From a virus (lineage: Duplodnaviria; Caudoviricetes): a DNA stretch of 63,785 nt. Positions 1 through 8,600 of this stretch are shown here, one piece after another. Numbering within the stretch: the stretch's first letter is position 1; each line of letters begins with the position of its first letter. The position numbers and the translations under genes are program-made. Below the pieces are notes generated by a model, which was not told the origin of the DNA, searched no databases, and worked only from the letters and a program-made list of their open reading frames with translations. The stretch is taken from positions 1-63,785 of IMG/VR virus record IMGVR_UViG_3300046318_000369, one strand, 5' to 3'.

Positions 1-5
1 AATAA

Positions 6-1187
6 ATGTCACAACTATTAAATGAAAGATGGTCAGAGACCAAAGAAGCTCTGCTTGAAGGCCTATCAGGTAACCGTAAGTCTTCTATGAGCGTTTGCTT
101 AGAGAATACCCGTCGTTATTTGGGTGAGTCTGCAACAGCAGGTGCAACAAGCGCAGGTAACATCGCTACATTAAACCGTGTTATTCTTCCAGTAATCCGT
201 CGTGTTATGCCGACAGTTATTGCTAATGAAATCATCGGTGTTCAGCCAATGACAGGACCTGTTGCACAGATCCACACTCTACGTGTTCGTTACGCAGACG
301 GTGTTGGTTCCGGTGATACAGTTACTGCTGGTGAAGAAGCACTAAGCCCATTCAAGATTGCTCAAGCTTACTCCGGTAACAATGCATCTAACGGTGGCGC
401 CCAAGTAACTTCTGCTCTAGAAGGCACACCAGGTAAGCGTTTAAGCATTCAAATCTTGAAGAGCCCAGTTGAAGCTAAGTCTCGTAAACTAAGCGCACGC
501 TGGACTTTTGAAGCTGCTCAAGATGCACAAGCTCAACAAGGCATTGACATCGAAGCAGAAATCATGGCTGCTCTAGCACAAGAAATTACTGCTGAAATCG
601 ATCAAGAAGTTTTAACTTCTCTACGTTCTTTAGCAAGTGTTGAAGAAACATATGACCAGGCTCTAGTTTCTGGTACAGCTACATTCGTTGGTGACGAGCA
701 CGCTGCTCTAGCTATCCAGATTAATCGCGTAAGCAACTTGATTGCTCAGCGTACACGTCGTGGTTCTGGTAACTGGGCTGTTGTTTCTAACCAAGCACTA
801 ACAATTCTTCAGTCTGCTACTACCAGCGCATTTGCTCGTACAACAGAAGGCACATTCGAAGCTCCCACAAACACCAAGTTTGTTGGTACATTGAATGGCG
901 CAATGAGAATTTATGTTGATGCATATAAGTCTGATACAGACGACAACAACCAAGTTCTAATTGGATATAAAGGTACAAGCGAAGCAGATGCTGCTGCGTT
1001 CTACTGCCCATACATTCCTCTAATGAGCTCTGGTGTTGTTCTAGATCCAGCAACATTCGAGCCAGTAGTTGGCTTCTTAACACGTTACGGATATGTTGAG
1101 TTAACAAACACAGCATCTTCTTTAGGTAACGCTGCTGACTATCTAGGTAAAGTTGCAATTACTTCTGCAAACGTAAGTTTCAAGTAA
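6..1187 (+). CDS. gp23: Major capsid protein, T4 gp23-like
   Basis: gp23-type motifs: RRVMPTVIANEIIGVQPMTGP, AKSRKLSARWTFEAAQD, EITAEIDQE, FYCPYIPL, TRYG. Likely maturation site YLGE/S. Confidence 0.96.
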   Translation: MSQLLNERWSETKEALLEGLSGNRKSSMSVCLENTRRYLGESATAGATSAGNIATLNRVILPVIRRVMPTVIANEIIGVQPMTGPVAQIHTLRVRYADGVGSGDTVTAGEEALSPFKIAQAYSGNNASNGGAQVTSALEGTPGKRLSIQILKSPVEAKSRKLSARWTFEAAQDAQAQQGIDIEAEIMAALAQEITAEIDQEVLTSLRSLASVEETYDQALVSGTATFVGDEHAALAIQINRVSNLIAQRTRRGSGNWAVVSNQALTILQSATTSAFARTTEGTFEAPTNTKFVGTLNGAMRIYVDAYKSDTDDNNQVLIGYKGTSEADAAAFYCPYIPLMSSGVVLDPATFEPVVGFLTRYGYVELTNTASSLGNAADYLGKVAITSANVSFK

Positions 1188-1211
1188 TCAACTGCTTAAT
1201 AGCAATTCAAG

Positions 1212-1234
1212 AAACCCGCTTCAGCGGGTTTTTT
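1212..1234 (+). terminator. Rho-independent terminator after capsid gene
   Basis: AAACCCGC-TTCA-GCGGGTTT hairpin followed by a T-run. Confidence 0.9.
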
Positions 1235-1245
1235 GTTATCTGTAT

Positions 1246-1253
1246 TATAAATA
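1246..1253 (+). promoter_or_regulatory. T4-type late promoter TATAAATA
   Basis: Exact T4 late consensus upstream of the ORF at 1326. Confidence 0.85.
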
Positions 1254-1258
1254 ACATG

Positions 1259-1307
1259 TCTAGATTATTATGCGGTTACCCACCGCGTAGGGCCTAGAAC
1301 GCTCATA
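1259..1307 (+). promoter_or_regulatory. Structured 5' leader (candidate cis-regulatory RNA)
   Basis: Nested stems TCTAG/CTAGA and TATGCGGT/ACCGCGTA between the late promoter and the AAGGAG RBS. Confidence 0.5.
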
Positions 1308-1325
1308 TTATTCAAGGAGAAACAA

Positions 1326-1988
1326 ATGGGACGTCCGATTAAATCAAAGTACTTTGGTACCCGCAAAGGCCAAGGTGTAGGTGGTGAAGGTGTAAGTTTA
1401 GTTACATTATCAACATCGTCATTAGCAGTTTCTACACTAACTGTTACTGTTGCATTCAGCGCGCCAACGATTTCTGGTGGTACACAAGCCACAGGTACTG
1501 TTGTTAAGACAGGAAATACTGTAACCAGCGTTGTTATTTCTGAAGCAGGTAGCGGTTACTTATCTGCACCTACTGTAACATTCACCGGTACAAACATGAC
1601 TACACAAGGTGCTGCAACTGCATCTTTAACCACTTCTGTGTTAAATGTTATTGCATGTGAGGCATATATTCCAACAGTTAATGGTGGCAGTTCTCGCGTA
1701 GTTGGTGATATTCAAGAACAAGTTGCTAGTAAAAAATATCGTGTTGTTACTGCTCAAGGAACAGGTCCATGCTTGCTAGTTACTACTAGTACATTAGCTG
1801 CTGGACAGATGCTAATGCTTGCAACAGATACAAATGGTAGTTCATATTTTGTAAAGAAATTAACTGCTCGTCGTGCTGTAATTGTACAATCTACTGCAAG
1901 TGGAAGTTTCTTATTCGATTCTAACGACGCGGTAGGCTGGACATTAGGTTCTGCAAGTGCAGGTGTTGTAAGTATCTCTAATAGATAA
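1326..1988 (+). CDS. Putative virion structural protein (possible head decoration)
   Basis: 220-aa Thr/Ser/Gly-rich ORF with AAGGAG RBS, own late promoter and a GSGY-x-x-APTVTF motif typical of phage structural proteins. Confidence 0.7.
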   Translation: MGRPIKSKYFGTRKGQGVGGEGVSLVTLSTSSLAVSTLTVTVAFSAPTISGGTQATGTVVKTGNTVTSVVISEAGSGYLSAPTVTFTGTNMTTQGAATASLTTSVLNVIACEAYIPTVNGGSSRVVGDIQEQVASKKYRVVTAQGTGPCLLVTTSTLAAGQMLMLATDTNGSSYFVKKLTARRAVIVQSTASGSFLFDSNDAVGWTLGSASAGVVSISNR

Positions 1989-2005
1989 TTTTCAATTTTA
2001 CAAAC

Positions 2006-2032
2006 AAAATAGGGGGCAATGCCCCCTATTTT
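2006..2032 (+). terminator. Rho-independent terminator (possibly bidirectional)
   Basis: AAAATAGGGGGC-AAT-GCCCCCTATTTT perfect hairpin. Confidence 0.9.
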
Positions 2033-2042
2033 CTTATATAGG

Positions 2043-2048
2043 TAAATA
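2043..2048 (+). promoter_or_regulatory. Late promoter core TAAATA
   Basis: TAAATA 5 nt before ATG at 2054. Confidence 0.65.
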
Positions 2049-2053
2049 CTGAT

Positions 2054-2578
2054 ATGATATCAAATTGGGCATTACCTAACACTGTTACTCAATATTCGGA
2101 AGAAGGAGGCGAAGACGCTCATATTTCGTGGATAGAGAAAGACAACTTTAGTGGATTAAAAACAGTAGATGGAAAATCAATACAAACATCTACGGACCTA
2201 TTGCATATTGCAAGAGACCCAAAGCACGATATAAAACAGAAAACTTATTTTTTAAAAATAACAAATTTTAATTTTGTAAATCTTCCTAGTACATTAAATG
2301 GTATAGAATTAAAACTAACTATGAAACGATTTGGAAGAATAACAGATGATACAATACAACTTTGCATGAATAATGTACTAATAGGTATTAACCAGGCTAC
2401 TGCAAATCTGGATCCTATAAAAATATACGGCGGCGAAAATTTGTTATGGAATTCTAATTTAACTATTTCGGATATAAGTCAAGAATCATTTGGGATAATT
2501 CTAAGATTTCAAAGTCATCCATATTGGCCTCATAAATGTAGTCCAATGATTGATTCTGTAGAATTAAGGATTCATTAA
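2054..2578 (+). CDS. Hypothetical protein
   Basis: 174-aa ORF filling the space between terminator and next gene; no recognised motif. Confidence 0.7.
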   Translation: MISNWALPNTVTQYSEEGGEDAHISWIEKDNFSGLKTVDGKSIQTSTDLLHIARDPKHDIKQKTYFLKITNFNFVNLPSTLNGIELKLTMKRFGRITDDTIQLCMNNVLIGINQATANLDPIKIYGGENLLWNSNLTISDISQESFGIILRFQSHPYWPHKCSPMIDSVELRIH

Positions 2579-2583
2579 AAAAA

Positions 2584-2589
2584 TAAATA
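2584..2589 (+). promoter_or_regulatory. Late promoter core TAAATA
   Basis: TAAATA then GAGG RBS ahead of ATG 2608. Confidence 0.7.
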
Positions 2590-2607
2590 CATCTGAGGAT
2601 CTATTAA

Positions 2608-5600
2608 ATGGCAAAAACTTATTACTCTACAAGACCACCGTTAACTACTGCTGTAGTTACTGCTTCTGCATATACCAGTACTCCTGTTAATAGCGTAAAC
2701 ATTCCCGGAGATTATTATATCACTGTTAATACTGACGACGGTAATATTACACTTGATGCCGGAAAGTTGGTACTTGTAGATTCTCCCGAATCTGAACTTA
2801 GAAGTGATGAAATATTATTCGGTGCTAGTACTGCAACTAGCACCATAGAATTAAAATCTAGATTCATTTCAACTCTTTTGCCAAAAACAGATGCAGAATA
2901 TGATATCGGTGAAGCAGAAACTACTTGGAATAAATCATACCTCCAGGAAGGAACGTATTACAGTGAAACAAACGTAGGTAACCCGTTTGGTTTTGAATAC
3001 GATCCAGATGATGTTTACGGAGCAGAATTTTTAAATGGTGATACTGAGGCTGCAAATTTACAGCGTTCTACAGCATCTGTTGTAGTCAACGGCGGTATGG
3101 GTATCCAAAAGGATCTTAATGTCGGCGGTCATATTTACGGTAGAATTACAATAGCACAAACTTCATTAAGTGTGTTAATTACTGCAACAAATAATGACAT
3201 TGAATATTATCCGTTATTTGTAAGAAACACAGGACAACAATTTCTTTGGTTAGACGAAGAAGGTATCGAAGGCGGATTAACATATAATCCAGCACTTGGA
3301 AAAATTACTACCGATAGAATGTATGTTGCTGAATTTGATGAAGCCACTACTTCTACTGCTGCGCTAGAAGTATCAGGGGGCGCATTAATAAGACAAAATG
3401 TTCGTATTAATTCAACTGCCACTGCTACAACTAGTTCCGGTGCATTATTAGTCGAAGGCGGAGTAAGCATAGGTAAAAATGTATATGTAAAAGACGAAAC
3501 AGAAACCGATGCAGTAATTCCACACGACGATGATACAGGAACTATAGGAACTACATCATCTCAGTGGGCAGAGGCGTATGTTAATGATCTATATACAAAA
3601 GTTATTAGATCAACTACAGGAACTATTCAAATCGCTCCATCTGATCCATTAGTAGATATATACGGTGACATTAGAGTACGTGGAACAAATCCAATAGGAA
3701 CAGCACCAGTTGTTACTAATGTTTTATATGTTACTATGGACGGTGATGACACTAATGATGGCCGTGCACAAGATCCTAGCCGTGCTTGCAGAACAGTTGC
3801 AGGTGCAGTTAACAGCCCTTATTATAAACCTGGTACACAAATTAGAGTTAGCGCCGGCCGCTACTATGAAGATAATCCTATTAGATTAAAACCATATACA
3901 TCTGTAATGGGTTCTGATATTAGAACAACATTCTTAGAACCTATTAATAAAACACAAGATTTATTCCATGTTGATAGCGGATGTTATCTTGCATTTATGA
4001 ATTTTTTAAACGGCCGTTCAGGATTGCTCGAAGGTGAATATGCAAATGGGTTCAATAGAGGAGCATATTGTACAGCATTTCCACCATTAGCCGGTGATGA
4101 TCGAATAGATTTATTTCAGTCGCCTTATGTACAGAATTGCACAAATCAAAGCGGACCGTGGTTAAAAGATGGAACATTGTTTGTTCCTAATCAAACTGTA
4201 CAAATTCCTGAAGCAGTTGCCATCGGATCGTGGCCAGCAAATACTACAACCATTGTAGTAAATGTTAGTACAGGTACAATTTCTAATGGAATGGCAGTAA
4301 ATGCAGGACAACAAAATCCTGGGTTCTTTAATGCTCGTACACTTATGCTTGCTAATAAGCCATTCTTGCAAGAGCAAGTAGTTGCATATGTTGATGATGC
4401 ATTTAATAGTGGATCATTTACTTACGATTCTGTTGCATGTCAGCGAGATCTGAGTGTTATAGTAGATTCTATTGCAATGGACCTACTATACAACAGCGAC
4501 AGTGATAGTATTTTTGCTGGTCTGCAATACTGGAGTCAAGGAAATATTTCATTCCCTGCTGAAAAAGATGAATCTATAGCTGCAATAAACTATCTAAAAA
4601 CATTAGCATCTACTACTGCTACTGCCGGTGGCGGCAGTGTAACATTTGGTGACACCGTTAATACTTTGTTTGATAAGTTAACATCGATACTTACTACATC
4701 GACATCATTAATTGGCATTACTAACGAAATAGAATCAAATCCAAATGGACTTGCATCAACAACTCCTGCTGATATTAATGCATATAATGCATTGATTAAC
4801 TATAAAGCTACTATGCAATCTTCTGTAATTGGGTGGATTGATTCGCAAATTGCAGGAAATATATCTCCATTTACTAGCACGTTTACCTATAATACAGCTA
4901 CTTGTGCAAGAGATGTAGGTTATATTATCGATAGTGTAGCGTTTGACTTATTGCATGGCGGAAATAAACAAACTATTAAATCTGCAATTTATTATTACGA
5001 TTACGATGCAGATGTTACACAAATTGCAAATGAAGTTCCACAGGTTACTGCTGCATACAATTATTTAAAGAGCATTATACCGAATATTGTTAAAGGCGAA
5101 GCACTATCAACTACATATCAAACTGGAGTTGAACAACAAATTTCAGGGTTAGCAATTGCTGGAAATTATGAAGCTGATCAATTAAGTAATAGATTGGATA
5201 TAATTACAGACATTATACGTAACGGTCCGTCTGGCATTACAAAAATTCCAATGAATTTAACTGTTAATCCTAGTATGGAAGCAGAAAATGCATATTTGAT
5301 GCTAAATGCAAATAAAGCGTTTATTAAAGCAGAAGTAACTGCATATATTAATTCAACAGCAAATTCATTTGATTATTCGAGAGAATTTTGCTATAGGGAT
5401 GTAGGTATTCTTGTTGAAAATGTTGCATATGATGCAGCATTTGGCGGAAATGAAAAATCTGTAGAAAGTGGTCTTGCATATTACGACGGTGTAATTAGTA
5501 AAATCACAGGGCAAGAAACTCAAACTATATCTGCAATTGATTATTTAAATCAAATGGTACAAAGTGTTATTACCAATAGCACATGGACTAACATACTGCC

Positions 5601-8600
5601 TGTTCCAGCTTCGGTATCTGCAAGCGGAACACATTCTCAAGTTAGAAATACTGTAGTAACAGGCGGCGCTGTTGCATCTGACTCTATTAATAATTTGTTC
5701 AACATTATTACAAATATTATAGGAAATGGCCCAGATGCTGCACCTGTAAAATATGTAAGTTCAGGACCAGATGCTGCATATGTTAGTGCAGAAATTTTAC
5801 TACAGGCAAATCGTAAATTCATTCAAGAAGATACTATTAATTATATAAACAATCTAGTGCAATCATTTCCTTATAGTGAAAGGAAATGCCGTCGCGATAC
5901 TAAATTAATAGTTGATGCAATTAGCCAAGATTTAAGATGGCCAACTACAGGAATGAGTCAAAGTACTTTTGCTGGTCTTCAGTATTGGAGTCAAGGTAAT
6001 TATACTGGCGATATTGAGGCACAACTGCAACCAACTATTGATGCTGTTGCATACCTAAAAGATCTAGCAGTAAAAATTATACAAAATATTACTCCAGAAA
6101 TTGATCTAGTAAATAGATATCAATCTGTTGTAGCACAAAACACTAGCACCGAAGCAGCTGGAATAACAGAGGCAACTATAATTTCTAGTGATTTTGATAT
6201 TGTATTAGATATTCTAGGAGGTAATAAAGACGGATGGACTGATAGAATCATTCCAAATGCCGAATTAACAGTATTACCTAGTGTATTAAATGCGTATGAA
6301 TCATTGCAACTCAATAAGAATTACATGGCAGCAGAAGTCTTGGCTTATGTAGATGCAACTCATCCTGATTTTACTTTTAGCACATCTACATGTGCAAGAG
6401 ATGTTGGATATATTATTGATTCTATATGTTATGATCTAACACATAATGGAAATAGACAAGCTATTCAAGCAGGTCTTTACTATTACGGATACAATGGTAG
6501 CGGAACTATACAAGGGCAAGAATCTGCAACAGTTGATGCATACAACAGAATTTATGATATTGTTGGTGATATCTTAGTTAATTCTCCAGTGCAAATATCA
6601 ACTGGTAATACTGCAATTCAGGTATTAAATTTACCTGCTGCCTCTGCCGCAGAAGTTACTGAAGTTAGAAGAGCACTCACTACTATAACAAATATTATTA
6701 CTAGTGGGCCAAGTATTGCAGCAGCCAGAAGTCCGATTTCTTTAGTAGAATCATCTAGTACAAATATTCAACATGCATATGCAATATTGCAAGCAAATAG
6801 AGATTTTATTGCTGAAGAAATAATTGCATATGTTGATTTTACATATAATAATGGGTCTTTCAACTATAATGAAGAATTATGCTACAGAGATACTGGATTA
6901 ATCATCGATGCGGTATCTCAAGATATCATGTTAGGTGGAAATCATAAATCTATCGAAGCAGGGTTAGCATACTGGAATCAAGGATATAACTATGTAACTG
7001 GTCAGGAAAGTACAACTACTATGGCATTGAATCATGCTAGAGATGTTGCACTAAAAGTTATTGCTAATGAAACAGTAATACCGCAAACTGGAACTGTAGA
7101 AACACAAGTTATTAATACTTACTTCCAGTACGGCGGAGACTATATGCCTCAGCAATCTATTAGAAGAAATTTTAGAATCATTACTGATATAATTGAAAGA
7201 GGCCCATTGTATGCTCCTCCTGTGTACGCAGGAAGTGGGCTATTTGCCGCAGTTGGTCTAGCAGCAGACGATGTTAAACTTGCACCAAGAGTTACATCTA
7301 TACAACCATTTACATACGATGAAACATTATGTCGTAGAGATTCTGGATATATTATCGATGGTATATATTATGATTCTGCACTTGGCACAAATTACAATGC
7401 AGTTACATCTGGAAATGCGTATCAACGAGGTGTATCTTCGGTAGTTATTAACAGTGAATTGCCACAGACTAAATCTGCAATAGAGTATTTAAAAACTAAT
7501 TCTGCAATTTTAATGTCAACTAGTACAGTAGCCGTTACTCGTGCAAGTGCATCCTATGATGAAATTATAAATATTCTCGACGGTGATTTACCATCGGCAA
7601 TAATATTTACAAATCCAACCGGAGGAAGTGCTAGTAAGATTGCAGCAAAAGACCAGTTAGTTGCAAACAAAGCATTTTTGCAAGCAGAAACTGTTGCATG
7701 GATTAATTCACAAATTAATAGTAATACATCTCCTTTTGTTGGATTTAATTACAATGACGAAACATGTGCACGAGATGTCGGATTTATTGTTGATGCATTG
7801 TGTTACGATATATTATATGGAGGAAATAGTGCAACTAGAGTATGTGCACAAGCATATTTTACACAATCAAGTTCATCATTAATTCCGGGGGAAACTGCAC
7901 AATCTGTTGCTGCATTTCAACATATGTCAGTTACTGCTCAAAATGTAATTCAAGGAATTTCTGTTACTCCTACAACAGGAACAAATGTTGTTCAGATTAT
8001 TTCAGGTAGCGTAGCATCATCGCCGGAAGTTACTATTTTAGAAAATCTAGTAACTATTATTACAAATGTTATCACAGCTGGAAATCTATCAGGGTTGCCA
8101 TCTGTTGTAAATCCTTCAATTACATGGGCCTCTTCGACTATACAGTCAGCAGTAAATTCATTAAGTTCAGGAAAATCAACATTAATTGATAATACCATAA
8201 CTTATATTAACACACAATTTACAAACACATATATTATAGGGTTAAGCACATCTACTGTTGGATTTGGATACAACTCTACGTTATATTTTGGTGATACATT
8301 AGTTTATCCTAAACAAGATATTGCTGTCCCGGATGAATGGCAACAACGTAGAGTAGATCCTATCGGGTCGATGGGAGGAAGTTTAGTAGACGGATCTGTT
8401 GTTAGCAGTCGTTCACCAATACAATCGTTTGTTTATGATGCGTTTACTCAACTTCCTCAGGGCGGAAGAGGTGTTCATATTATTAACGACGGATACGCAC
8501 AGTTAGTTTCTGTGTTTACAATTTTCTGTTCTACTGGTGTAGAAGTAGAATCTGGTGGAATTGCATCTATTGTTAATAGTAACGCTAACTTTGGCAATAT

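Noticed and set aside
1259-1307. Named ribozyme or riboswitch (twister, pistol, SAM-II)
   Set aside because: Only superficial short matches; the required conserved cores and pseudoknots could not be identified.
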